The position numbers were made by a program, and so were the translations under genes. This document shows, piece after piece, positions 11,101 through 19,645 of a DNA stretch of 41,252 nucleotides; the first letter of the stretch is position 1, and the number at the start of each line of letters is the position of its first letter. The notes beneath the pieces are model-generated. The model was not told where the DNA came from, did no database searches, and saw only the letters and a list, made by a program, of their open reading frames with translations. The DNA is from Nanobdellota archaeon (lineage in GTDB: Archaea; Nanobdellota; Nanobdellia; SCGC-AAA011-G17; JACPNG01): contig JBBSWJ010000020.1 in the NCBI GenBank assembly GCA_038046345.1, positions 14,425-55,676 on the forward strand, in the 5' to 3' direction.

Positions 11101-11597
11101 CCCTTAATACACCCGAGCAATATGAAGGATTAATGTTTACACATGATACAACTCGTATTGATCAAGGAGTCACATGCAGCGCGTACAAAAGCATACCCAG
11201 CATGATGGAGAAGGTCCGAGGACAGATGGAAATAGCAGAACAGTTACGCGCAGTTGATGAAGCTGATGTAGCAAGGTTAGTAATTGAAAGACATTTTATG
11301 AGGGATATTAAAGGTAATTTAAGAAAATTTGGAATGCAAGAATTTAGATGCGTAGAATGCAATGCAAAATTTAGAAGACCACCTCTTATAGGAAGCTGCA
11401 CAGTATGCCATGGAAAGTTGTTGTTTACCATAGCAGAGGGCAGTATTGTGAAGTATTTAGCACCTAGCTTAGAGCTAGTAGAGAGATATGACTTACCTGT
11501 TTATTTAAAACAAGTTTTAGAATTAACCAAAATGAGAATAGAAAGCATATTTGGAAAAGACGATGAGAAACAAGAGGCACTAGCAAAATGGTTTTAA
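8133..11597 (+). CDS. polC: DNA polymerase D large subunit DP2 (no intein)
   Basis: YSGPIRSAGGT, GFRLRYGRCR, GARMGRPEKA, catalytic RRDCDGDE, Zn fingers, C-terminal PIP-like QEALAKWF. Confidence 0.98.
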   Translation: MKNNQTMEKYFDLINNETLKCYELAQRARAKGHDPTKSVEVPLAKNMAERVVGIISNVAPQIKDSGVVARIIELEQLYGVQDWRVALILAEEVAAEKFCKFENKNQAMEVGIRIGLAYLTVGVVASPLEGFVKMEIKKRNDGKDYMAIYYSGPIRSAGGTASSASVIIADYIRKKAGLDVFDPTELEIKRMVTEIHDYHDKVTNLQYHPTDEELEFLIKRIPVQITGDPSEKFEVSNYKDLERMGTNKLRNGVALVIAECISLKAPKVWKQLSKWGSGFGLEHWKFIKDFVELQQKLKAKSKEKEASDELLAPDFSYIKDIVAGRPVLTHPLRVGGFRLRYGRCRNSGFSTDAINPATMVILKKYIAVGTQLKTERPGKSTVIAVCDRLEGPIVRLASGDVLLLNTEEEAKKHVSKIEEVIFLGDLLISYGDFLNRAHKLVPCGYNEEWHREELRKTGDSGVSKFLENPYQFVSAKESIELSKRLSVPLHPRYTYHWKDITITQLKTLIEWYTKKVASEDSVILPFSYSLVNDVEDKDPKRVLELLGVPHQVVSKEHVIISGDDGAAFSYCMDRLLDIEVQPNLNVLEILNKAVDIIVKDKSGTFIGARMGRPEKAKMRKLTGSPHMLFPVGSEGGKMRDFQAALVKGRVSADFPLRYCIKCDKKCVYDLCIDCGGISQQQYYCRQCDETSPKKCELHGDGVNYKFQQIDINKIFLDAIKKIGFDKYPKMIKGVRGMSNTNKEFEHFVKGVIRSKYNLFVNKDGTIRYDMTEMPLTHFKPCEIRTSVEKLKELGYDKDIYGKDVVDDDQIIELRCQDVILPACHNSLEEPSDDVLLRITKFIDELLVGLYGLEGYYNLKSKDELIGHLIVAMSPHTSAGIVGRVIGFSNTQGFLAHPLFHSIMRRDCDGDEACVILLLDVLLNFSRKFLPNHRGVTQDAPLVLTSCLIPKEVDDMVFDMDIVSSYPLELYYLAQDYKLPVEIKIKRLGDTLNTPEQYEGLMFTHDTTRIDQGVTCSAYKSIPSMMEKVRGQMEIAEQLRAVDEADVARLVIERHFMRDIKGNLRKFGMQEFRCVECNAKFRRPPLIGSCTVCHGKLLFTIAEGSIVKYLAPSLELVERYDLPVYLKQVLELTKMRIESIFGKDDEKQEALAKWF

Positions 11598-11598
11598 T

Positions 11599-12780
11599 CT
11601 ATATAAAAAATGAAAGAACAGGCAGTAGTAAGCATCCCATTAAATGAGATTTCTTAATTTTTGCATACGAACAAAGTACACCTATAGCAGAAGCTACAAT
11701 AACAATTAAAATTCCTAAATAACCAGAAATCCATAACACCAAAATTAGCAATAGGGATATGATAATCTTACTTAACTTGTTATAATCAACTCGGTGGACG
11801 ATACGTATAAAGAGTTTAGTAATAAATGGAGTTAAAAGAACATTTATTCCACCAGCAATTAAAGCCGCAGAAAAAAATAAAAGCACTGTGGATGTAGGCA
11901 TGGTATGAATAAGACGGGTTATAGCAATGATACTGCCATTGCGGGCTTTTTCAATGGTTACCCACGCAATAATTGCAATAACCATAATCATTGTGTTGAT
12001 CATACCAACCATCAGGATGTATTCTTCTTTTTTGTTGTTTTTTCCTAAAGTGGATAGTGTTGCTGCTTGAGCAGGACCAAGGCCAGGCATTAATCCAGTA
12101 AATATTGATGCAAAAGTTGCTTTGATTATAGCAGAGTATGGTCTTTGAATCTTAGGGAAGGATATCTTTTGCTTTGGAATTAATGTTTTTTGGTTAATGC
12201 TGGTGTATAACACACTAATGCCGAATAGTCCAGAAAATAATGGGAATAATCCTTCTCTGACTGGGAGCTTAAAAACAATAAATCCTAAAGTACCAGATAA
12301 TAAAATTATAACTACTGCCCATAAACGGTTTCGTTCTAAGTAAACTAATGCCCCTAATGCGAATAGGATGATAAAGACAATATTTTTTTGGATTATTGGA
12401 TAAAATAGCGGGATTGTTAGATACAAGAGGGGGGATAGTAGTGTTATGATTATTAATCCTGTGAGGCTTCCAATAATAGACAGGATTACTGCTTCATATC
12501 CCAAACCTTTAGCAAGGAGTTGATGCGCTGGAAATACTACCAACGCCGTGTCATCAGTTGCTGCACCTAAAAAAACTGATGGGATGAAATCAATAAAGGT
12601 GTGGGTAATTGACATTGAGATTATAAATATGCTTATTGATAGAGGAGTTACTTGTTTGAATAAGCTTAGATGTGATAATATAAGAACAGCAACTAAATTG
12701 ATATGTATCCCTGGGGTTATACCCGTAAATATCCCTGCAATAATTCCAATTATGATTGCTATCATTAATTCAAATAACAT
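11599..12780 (-). CDS. TctA-like tripartite tricarboxylate transporter permease (DUF112)
   Basis: Polytopic; GIFTGITPGIHINL, THTFIDFIPSVFLGA, GLMPGLGPAQA, KARNG motifs. Confidence 0.88.
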   Translation of the reverse strand: MLFELMIAIIIGIIAGIFTGITPGIHINLVAVLILSHLSLFKQVTPLSISIFIISMSITHTFIDFIPSVFLGAATDDTALVVFPAHQLLAKGLGYEAVILSIIGSLTGLIIITLLSPLLYLTIPLFYPIIQKNIVFIILFALGALVYLERNRLWAVVIILLSGTLGFIVFKLPVREGLFPLFSGLFGISVLYTSINQKTLIPKQKISFPKIQRPYSAIIKATFASIFTGLMPGLGPAQAATLSTLGKNNKKEEYILMVGMINTMIMVIAIIAWVTIEKARNGSIIAITRLIHTMPTSTVLLFFSAALIAGGINVLLTPFITKLFIRIVHRVDYNKLSKIIISLLLILVLWISGYLGILIVIVASAIGVLCSYAKIKKSHLMGCLLLPVLSFFI

Positions 12781-12863
12781 GGGCTATCTGAAATTATTGT
12801 CTTTATATTGTTTAATGATGGAATATTGAAAATATTACAACTTAAGCCAATGTTTCTGATACA

Positions 12864-13154
12864 TTAGTCACATCTTTGTAACGTGATCTCGATTGTTGAT
12901 ACTCTTACTGATTTTCCTTCTTTATTTTTAAATTCTTCACTATTAACATTAATGTTTTTTATCTCTATAGAATTTTCAAGAAATCTTTTAGTAGCTACTT
13001 CTGCTACGTCTACACATCGTGAGATAAATTTACCCCTCCCTTTTATAATTACTTCACCAGCGTTTTGCGTTGTAAATTGCATTACAACTCCAGTTACGTA
13101 ATTCATGAATGGTTTTGGTCCAATAAATATTGTATGATCATTCTCTTCAGCCAT
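12864..13154 (-). CDS. albA: Chromatin protein Alba
   Basis: IFIGPKPFMNYV, IKGRGKFISRCVDVAE, VSTIEI; SD AGGAG. Confidence 0.95.
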   Translation of the reverse strand: MAEENDHTIFIGPKPFMNYVTGVVMQFTTQNAGEVIIKGRGKFISRCVDVAEVATKRFLENSIEIKNINVNSEEFKNKEGKSVRVSTIEITLQRCD

Positions 13155-13167
13155 ATAATCTCCTTAA

Positions 13168-13365
13168 TTATTTTTTAAGTTTTAATAATTTTATATGATG
13201 AGTGATAGATCCTGCTATTACATTCCTTATTTTTTTACTACCTATCTTAGATCTTGATATAACCTTTTGTTTATTTTTTTCAAAATCTGACGTAAATTCA
13301 TCTGGATAAGTTGTAAGAAATTGTTTTACTGCCCGCTTTATTTGTTGAGACTTGACTGTTCCCAT
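13168..13365 (-). CDS. rps17e: 30S ribosomal protein S17e
   Basis: MGTVKSQQIKR...FTSDFEKNK...SKKIRNVIAGSITH. Confidence 0.93.
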   Translation of the reverse strand: MGTVKSQQIKRAVKQFLTTYPDEFTSDFEKNKQKVISRSKIGSKKIRNVIAGSITHHIKLLKLKK

Positions 13366-13482
13366 TTTTAGTTCATTTTTTAGATGTTTGGGTTATTTTT
13401 AAGTCTTCCGCCTTTGCAGCACTCTGCGGTGGTTAAATTATAGAAATATTCTTAAAGACTGATTTAAGATTAGATAAGTATT

Positions 13483-13556
13483 GCCTCTGTGGCTCAACCT
13501 GGTAGAGCGACTGTTTTGTAAACAGTAGGTTGGGGGTTCAAATCCCTCCAGAGGCT
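13483..13556 (+). tRNA. tRNA-Thr(TGT)
   Basis: Acceptor GCCTCTG/CAGAGGC, anticodon stem ACTGT/ACAGT with loop TTTGTAA, T-loop GTTCAAATC; no intron; CCA not encoded. Confidence 0.96.
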
Positions 13557-13663
13557 TACTAACTCTTTTTGTAAGCCCTTTAGATTTTGGCCTAAATTTC
13601 TAGAATTGAGAAATTATTAAGCGTTAACAAAAGGTATATAAGAGATAAGATACCACAAAATTA

Positions 13664-14779
13664 GTGCAAACTACCACTTCAAGAGGGTATCATGGGCGCA
13701 GAAAAAGATTTAATGAATTCTTTAAGAAAAATAAGGGTTTTTTAGGAGCTTTAGTTATTGTGGGGTTATCTGCTCCATTGACTAAGATAAAATCAGAGAT
13801 AAATCCCTTATACCAAACTGATCGAATTGCAATAGGCTTAGCTAAGAAGACCATATCCTTCTATGGTTATAAAGCAGCGCAATTAAGGGAGTTACCACTA
13901 CTTGGAAAAAATGCGCTTATGGAAAGATTAAATGCTGGGACAAACCATTGTTTAACCATCTCTGAGCTTGAAGAGATTGTAAGAGCTGATGAGCTTACAA
14001 GGTTTGGAAAGCAAGATTTCAATAATCCTCAGAGGTATACAGAAGCTTACTTTCGTGGGTTTCTTAGAACTGAAACACCGCAGGAAAGAGAAGCATGTGG
14101 CGGGCAACCAGCACCTAGAAATGAACGATCAAAAAGACTGGTTGTGGTTAGTGTAGAAACATCAAATGGTAAACTTGCAGAAAAGTTGCGGGTGGCAGTG
14201 GATGATCCAAAACAGCTTGTTAAAATTATTAAAGAAAATGAAAAATTGTTTAAGCTTATTACCAGAAAAAGAAATGGAGAATATTATGCTGTTCTTGCAA
14301 AGCTTAGCGGGGCTATTGAAGGAGTGTCTCCCGAAGAATATGCTCAACTAGTTGTTTCAGAATATGTTGGAGGTACACATGAAATATATGGCTCAATAGA
14401 TTTTAGTATTTTAACTACAAAAGATTTGTTTAAATTTTATAGAGAGCATGTTATGCCATTTTTTACTTTTGGGGAAATAGTGCAAGGGCATACCCATCAA
14501 GATGGTACTTCACCATCTAGTACTGACATAGAAAACAGTCGACGTGAGGGGCAAATGGTTTTAGCTTATGATACAAATGCAAATGTTACTAGTTGGAATG
14601 CTTTTGGGGTTGTTCATGGTGATGTTGTTCTTTTTTTAGAAAATCAAAGATATCTACATAATAATCTTCCTGGAGATTTCAAGGATGGGTTATTACCGGA
14701 GAGAAATCATGGGGTGGTAATTAAAGGGAGAAATGGACTGAACAATGGGGAGCCATATACTGTAGTGAGAGATGATTAG
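13664..14779 (+). CDS. Hypothetical protein with N-terminal hydrophobic segment and C-terminal JAB/MPN-like motif
   Basis: 371 aa; GTG 24 nt after TATATA; FLGALVIVGLSAPL; E(IYG)...HTHQDGTSPSSTD. Confidence 0.6.
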   Translation: MQTTTSRGYHGRRKRFNEFFKKNKGFLGALVIVGLSAPLTKIKSEINPLYQTDRIAIGLAKKTISFYGYKAAQLRELPLLGKNALMERLNAGTNHCLTISELEEIVRADELTRFGKQDFNNPQRYTEAYFRGFLRTETPQEREACGGQPAPRNERSKRLVVVSVETSNGKLAEKLRVAVDDPKQLVKIIKENEKLFKLITRKRNGEYYAVLAKLSGAIEGVSPEEYAQLVVSEYVGGTHEIYGSIDFSILTTKDLFKFYREHVMPFFTFGEIVQGHTHQDGTSPSSTDIENSRREGQMVLAYDTNANVTSWNAFGVVHGDVVLFLENQRYLHNNLPGDFKDGLLPERNHGVVIKGRNGLNNGEPYTVVRDD

Positions 14780-14855
14780 AAGTAGCTGTAAGTAAAATTT
14801 TAAGTAAGGTTTAGAAAACATAAATTTATTTAATATGATCTTAAATTAGGCGAAT

Positions 14856-15116
14856 ATGGAAGAGCTGAATTTAATTGAGCTATGCAAGATAATTGACGAA
14901 AGTGATAAATCCGAAGAAGAAAAGAATGTTGATAAAAAAATAATAAACAACTGGGATGAGATTAAGAGTATGAATGGGGATTTTAAAAATATTAAAGAAA
15001 AAATAAAAAATAAGCTTAATATAACGATATCTTTTATTGCGTTTACATATAAAGATGCAACACCTACAAAGTATATCCAAGCCAAGTATTACTTGAAAAG
15101 AAATATATGGAAATGA
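14856..15116 (+). CDS. Hypothetical protein
   Basis: 86-aa Lys/Glu-rich ORF; no recognised motif. Confidence 0.4.
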   Translation: MEELNLIELCKIIDESDKSEEEKNVDKKIINNWDEIKSMNGDFKNIKEKIKNKLNITISFIAFTYKDATPTKYIQAKYYLKRNIWK

Positions 15117-15173
15117 TTATTGTTTATACACAGTTAAGAAAAGGTATTTAAGCAAGGGTTTATGTTTTGTCAT

Positions 15174-15488
15174 ATGATAAACATTACGGATAGTGCTAAG
15201 GAAAAAATTGAGGATATGCTAAACAAAAAAGGAAAGGTAGGGTTAAGAGTGGGTGTAGTTGGTGGTGGATGTTCTGGGCTTCAATATCGAATGGGGGCTG
15301 AAGATGAACTGCAGGAGGGGGATGTTGAGTTGGTGGAGAATGGAGTGAGATTGTTTGTTGATAAAAGGAGTTTAACCTATTTAGCTGGTGCAACAATTGA
15401 GTACACTGATGGGTGGTACGGGTCTGGGATTAATATAATCAATCCTAATGCTTCTAGTACTTGTGGATGTGGCAAGTCATTTAGTTAG
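15174..15488 (+). CDS. iscA: A-type Fe-S cluster carrier (HesB/IscA/SufA/ErpA family)
   Basis: GGGCSG and TCGCGKSF with all three Cys; ATG 15174 fits the TATA (TATTTAAG) spacing better than 15162. Confidence 0.93.
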   Translation: MINITDSAKEKIEDMLNKKGKVGLRVGVVGGGCSGLQYRMGAEDELQEGDVELVENGVRLFVDKRSLTYLAGATIEYTDGWYGSGINIINPNASSTCGCGKSFS

Positions 15489-16216
15489 TATTCATCAATC
15501 TTTGTCTGAGTTTTTTTAATATGTTCCTTAAATTTTGGAGGTTCAATAAGAATAAAGTTAAATCCCCAATCTTTTAACATTGCCATAGCATTACTTGTGA
15601 TAGCTGGTGCAACAAGTATCCCTCTTACTGAGGTAATCCCCTTTGATGTTTTAATCTTTTCTACATACCTCCGTAGTTGAGAGACTGCAGCAAGATCTGC
15701 TTTGAATCTTTTGCATTCAATAACAACCAAATAATTATTTTTGTCAGTGCATAACACATCAATAAAACCATATTTAGTTTGCTCTTCTCTATTAACCGGA
15801 ATTAATCCGTGCTCAACAATTGAAGGATTTGCATAAATCATATTAGACATATCTTTTTCATTGCCACTTAATTTAATCTTTTCTGCATCAGTAAGATTTG
15901 AGCTGTTCAAAAAATAAATCTGATCCATGATTATATTAAGTTTTTCAGAATTTTTTATATGAACTGCGTTTAGCACAACATTTGGCGGTTCCCATTTTAT
16001 GGTGTACTCAGTTCCTGATTTCATGTAATTAATTGGGTTGTTTCCTTCAGGTTGGTGTATAAGAATTGTTCCGTCTGGTTTTATAATAATCAAACGATCA
16101 CCTTTAGCTAAACTTGTTTCTGCTTTACCTTGGTAGGTTACCTCGCAGCTTACAGCGCATACCACCAGTTTTTTGCTAGTTATACCAGATTGCAATTGGA
16201 ATATTTTTGATTGCAT
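15485..16216 (-). CDS. nucS: Mismatch endonuclease NucS/EndoMS
   Basis: YQGKAETSLAKGDRLIIIKPDGTILIH, PINY, GFIDVL...VIECK, QLRRY; PIP-like C-terminus QTKIDEY. Confidence 0.95.
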   Translation of the reverse strand: MQSKIFQLQSGITSKKLVVCAVSCEVTYQGKAETSLAKGDRLIIIKPDGTILIHQPEGNNPINYMKSGTEYTIKWEPPNVVLNAVHIKNSEKLNIIMDQIYFLNSSNLTDAEKIKLSGNEKDMSNMIYANPSIVEHGLIPVNREEQTKYGFIDVLCTDKNNYLVVIECKRFKADLAAVSQLRRYVEKIKTSKGITSVRGILVAPAITSNAMAMLKDWGFNFILIEPPKFKEHIKKTQTKIDEY

Positions 16217-16294
16217 AGCTTAAATGATTATAGCAGGCAAATAAAGATTGTTGCATTATTTTTAGGATATTATGATATAATAATTATGCCTTTT

Positions 16295-16686
16295 TTATCT
16301 GGTTTTATTTTTCAGAATCTCTTTTAATTTAATAATTATTGACTTAAATCGCCTTTCGTTTCTTTTAAGGTATGACCCTTCTATCTGGTATCCTTCGTAG
16401 GTTATCCTGTTCCTCAAAATTCTTAGATCCTCTAAAATAGATATTTCATTCCATGAAAATTCTTTATACTCTTTTTTTAAATATTCAATTAATTCTTTAT
16501 GGCTAAGAGTCTTATAACCCCAGCTGAAAGGAGTGCTGTTATTAATTCTTTTATAATTTCATAATAATCCGAAATAATCAGTGCTGCCATTTTTTTAGGG
16601 TCTTGTAGTTTTATTCTTTCTTCAATTAATGAGATCATGTTTAGTATACTTTTTGCTCTTTCTTTATCTGGTTTTATTCTTATCAT
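16295..16686 (-). pseudogene. HEPN-domain toxin gene interrupted by a frameshift
   Basis: The track ORF stops at 16489, but another frame continues GYKTLSHKELIEYL...LRILRNRITYEGY...KTR* to 16295; total 392 nt; break at or near CCCC 16518-16521. Confidence 0.8.
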
Positions 16687-16689
16687 ATC

Positions 16690-17214
16690 CTAAAACACCT
16701 TTAAATATCCCTTTAAGATCATTCCGTTAATTATGTTATTTTTTAGTTCTGAGCTAAGCCGTGAAAAATTTTTTTCAAAGAATAAGCTTATTTTTCTGTT
16801 GAGTTTTTTTTCATAAGATGATAGATTAAACTTTTTTTCTGGGGATTGTATAAACAAATCAATATCACTTTCTTCTATGTCGTCTCCATTTGAGCTGGAA
16901 CCAAATAATACTATTGTATCTGGTTGGCAAGAATCGTTGAGAAAGTCTAGTAAACCGGACTGTTTGAGTCTAAGCATTATGTTAGTTTTTTTATATAATC
17001 TAAAAAGTTCATTATCTCTGTTTGATCTATAAGTAGGATAGATATCTTTTTTCTCTTTTATTATTAACCCTTCTTTGATGAGAGCATTTAAATGATTTAT
17101 TACAGAGGGCTGAGTTATTTTTGTTCTTCTTGATATCTCCCTCATATGAAAATCTTTGGTGGGATAGTCAAAAAATTCTAGCAGTATTTTGTAACGGGTA
17201 TATTTTTGTATCAT
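16690..17214 (-). CDS. wHTH plus minimal nucleotidyltransferase (MNT) antitoxin
   Basis: FHMREISRRTKITQPSV HTH; LFGSSSNGDDIEESDIDL; immediately upstream of the HEPN gene. Confidence 0.9.
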   Translation of the reverse strand: MIQKYTRYKILLEFFDYPTKDFHMREISRRTKITQPSVINHLNALIKEGLIIKEKKDIYPTYRSNRDNELFRLYKKTNIMLRLKQSGLLDFLNDSCQPDTIVLFGSSSNGDDIEESDIDLFIQSPEKKFNLSSYEKKLNRKISLFFEKNFSRLSSELKNNIINGMILKGYLKVF

Positions 17215-17373
17215 CTGCTATAATAATGTAGCTTGTGGTATATAAATATTGCGGTTTCTTGAGTTGTAAAGCAAACGTCACCTGCGGCATCGCGATTAAG
17301 AGAAGTTCGCAAAGCGGGGTTGAGCTAATGTTTCATAAACTTTAAATAACCCGGCGGGTAAGGATGTTTCTAT

Positions 17374-17446
17374 GGGCTTGTAGTCTAGCGGTTATGACAT
17401 TTCCTTGACGTGGAAAAGGCCCCCAGTTCGAATCTGGGCAGGCCCA
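17374..17446 (+). tRNA. tRNA-Val(GAC)
   Basis: Acceptor GGGCTTG/CAGGCCC, anticodon stem TTTCC/GGAAA with loop TTGACGT, GTTCGAATC; TATA TTTAAATA at 17341-17348. Confidence 0.96.
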
Positions 17447-17511
17447 TTAATTTCAAACAAGTTATGTTGTTTAGGTAATTTTATATACTTTTAAAGTGAT
17501 ACCTAGTAAGT

Positions 17512-17682
17512 ATGAGGATTAATCTTAATAAATTTCAAATTGAGTGCAAACGCTGTGAACATCGTTGGATACCTAGAAAAGTTGAAGTGAGAATATGCCC
17601 AAAATGCAAGTCACCATACTGGGATAAAAAGCTGAAAGATTATAAAAAGAGGGAAAATGAAGGGGCGAAGAATAAGAAGTAA
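17512..17682 (+). CDS. Small Zn-ribbon protein (56 aa; not in the ORF track)
   Basis: My translation: MRINLNKFQIECKRCEHRWIPRKVEVRICPKCKSPYWDKKLKDYKKRENEGAKNKK*; two CxxC pairs. Confidence 0.85.
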   Translation: MRINLNKFQIECKRCEHRWIPRKVEVRICPKCKSPYWDKKLKDYKKRENEGAKNKK

Positions 17683-19645
17683 TCCAAGAAGCGGACAAGT
17701 TACATTATTTGTTATTATTGGGATTATATTAGTGTTACTTTTAGGTTTAGTTTGGTATTATCAGAGCGGGATAATACAAGCTCTTAAGGGGGAGATAACA
17801 CAAGAAGAATTGTTCCGGCAAAATGTTGATACACTAAATGGATACGTAAAGACATGCTTATCTTATTCCAGCACTGAAGGAATAAACCTAATAGGATTAC
17901 AAGGTGGATACATAAGCTTGCTTAATGATCCAATCGGGGTAAGTGAAAGTAATGTACTATCTAATTCTCTAACAGTTGTACCTGGTTTAGATGTAGCTTA
18001 CTGGTATTATGAAACTGCAAATGGCATTCAAAAAACGCAACTGCCATCAAAAGAGTTCATGGAAGAAGAACTTGCAAATTATATTGAAGAAGATATTGAT
18101 GGATGCTTAGGGGGGTTTGTTGGGTTTGAGATTTTAGAGATAGAAGACCGAGAAAAAGAAGTTACTGTTAGGATAAACGATGAAACTGTAGACATTAAAA
18201 TGTATTATCCGCTCAAGATAGAACAAGAAGAGGCTATTGGCAGACTCAAAGAGTTTGAGATAGTTGTTCCAATACCGTTAGGGAAACTATATGGAACTGC
18301 TGTATCATTATTTGAAAAAGAAAACACCGAAACATTCTTAGAAGATATCACCCTGGACCAATTTATCGTTTATGAAGAATTGCCATATTCTGGAATAGAT
18401 CTTGAGTGCAGCCCTAAAGTATGGTTGCAAGAAAAAGTTTTCGGTGATCTAAAAAAAATACTTAGCACAAATATAGCACATTTGGTGGTTAAAGGAAGTA
18501 ATTACAAGAGTTCGAGAGATAAAAAATACTTTGAAGTAGACGATATAAAAGTAAGCAGTGATTCAACCGTACAATTTTTGTTTAGTGAGGGGTGGCCGCT
18601 GCTTATAGATGTGAATCCAGATGAACAAGTACTAAAGGGAGAAAGTTATAATGATAATCTTCTTGGAAGGTTTATCACTCAATTCTTCTGCTTAAATTAT
18701 TATAATTTTGTTTATGATTTAAAGTACCCTATATTAATTAGCATAACTGATGAAAAAACAGAGTATTTATTTCAATATGCGACACAAGTGATCATTCAAA
18801 AAAATCAACCAAGGGAAAGCAAGATAACAATAAATTACTTAGATGGAAAAGTAAGCCCTGTGTGCGATCATTATGTTACCCCATTAACAATAAATGTACA
18901 AGGATACTCTACTGAAGGTAGTTTAGTCTCATTAGATAATGCAGAGATAAGCTTGCAATGTGTTGGCACTAGCTGTGAGCTAGGAAGCACTACATTAGGT
19001 AAATTTAATGGGAACGCTCCGCAATGTGTAAATGCAAATGTAGTTGTAACACATGAAAACTATCAGCAAGAAAACATAATCCTAACAACAGTAGAAGAAC
19101 AAACACTAACGGTGCTACTGGAACCAAAAAAAGAGTTAATGCTTGATTTAAGGTTAATAAGGGCGGAAGAGGGGGGAACAAGAGGATTGTTAAAAGACGA
19201 GTTTGCATTAGTACAGTTTATTCATGAAAACAACGAGTACGCAACAAGTGTGATATATCCTGAACAAAGGTCTGTAACATTAATACCTGGAAGGTATGAG
19301 GTTAGAACAGTAATAATGATGAGTGGAAGACCAATAACATTGCAAGGTGATACAATAAAAGAATGCATTGATGTGCCAGAAACAGGCGTATTAGGATTCT
19401 TTGGGCTAACCAAGAAAAAATGCACAGAAATAAATTTAGATGGAGCAACTTTTGATGCTATAACAGCTGGCGGCGCAAACTTTGGATTTGAGTTAAGCAG
19501 GGATCAGCTTATTAACAATGAACAAATAACCTTATTTTCAGTGAGAAATACAGAACCAAGGAGTATACTTGAGTTACAAGAAATGTACAAAACAATACAA
19601 GAAAATTCCCAGCTTGAAGAGTTTAGGGGGCCAATATTAAAATGA
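17657..19645 (+). CDS. Large surface protein with class III (prepilin-like) signal peptide
   Basis: RSG/QVTLFVIIGIILVLLLGLVW; Cys pairs; C-terminal beta-sandwich-like region; SD GAGGGA. Confidence 0.8.
   Translation: MKGRRIRSNPRSGQVTLFVIIGIILVLLLGLVWYYQSGIIQALKGEITQEELFRQNVDTLNGYVKTCLSYSSTEGINLIGLQGGYISLLNDPIGVSESNVLSNSLTVVPGLDVAYWYYETANGIQKTQLPSKEFMEEELANYIEEDIDGCLGGFVGFEILEIEDREKEVTVRINDETVDIKMYYPLKIEQEEAIGRLKEFEIVVPIPLGKLYGTAVSLFEKENTETFLEDITLDQFIVYEELPYSGIDLECSPKVWLQEKVFGDLKKILSTNIAHLVVKGSNYKSSRDKKYFEVDDIKVSSDSTVQFLFSEGWPLLIDVNPDEQVLKGESYNDNLLGRFITQFFCLNYYNFVYDLKYPILISITDEKTEYLFQYATQVIIQKNQPRESKITINYLDGKVSPVCDHYVTPLTINVQGYSTEGSLVSLDNAEISLQCVGTSCELGSTTLGKFNGNAPQCVNANVVVTHENYQQENIILTTVEEQTLTVLLEPKKELMLDLRLIRAEEGGTRGLLKDEFALVQFIHENNEYATSVIYPEQRSVTLIPGRYEVRTVIMMSGRPITLQGDTIKECIDVPETGVLGFFGLTKKKCTEINLDGATFDAITAGGANFGFELSRDQLINNEQITLFSVRNTEPRSILELQEMYKTIQENSQLEEFRGPILK

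Noticed and set aside
8133-11597. Intein in DP2 (also checked cdc6 and lonB)
   Set aside because: Lengths and motifs are continuous, with no C...HN insert.
13553-13577. Terminator hairpin GGCTTAC/GTAAGCC after tRNA-Thr
   Set aside because: Only 7 bp, partly inside the tRNA acceptor stem; archaeal termination mostly uses U tracts.
16250-16290. Xer dif site (also considered 32270-32295)
   Set aside because: The ATAA/TTAT arms do not have the required 6-bp spacer.
13556-17374. Integrated element bounded by tRNA att sites
   Set aside because: I found no duplicated tRNA 3' end and no integrase; the region is variable but not demonstrably one element.
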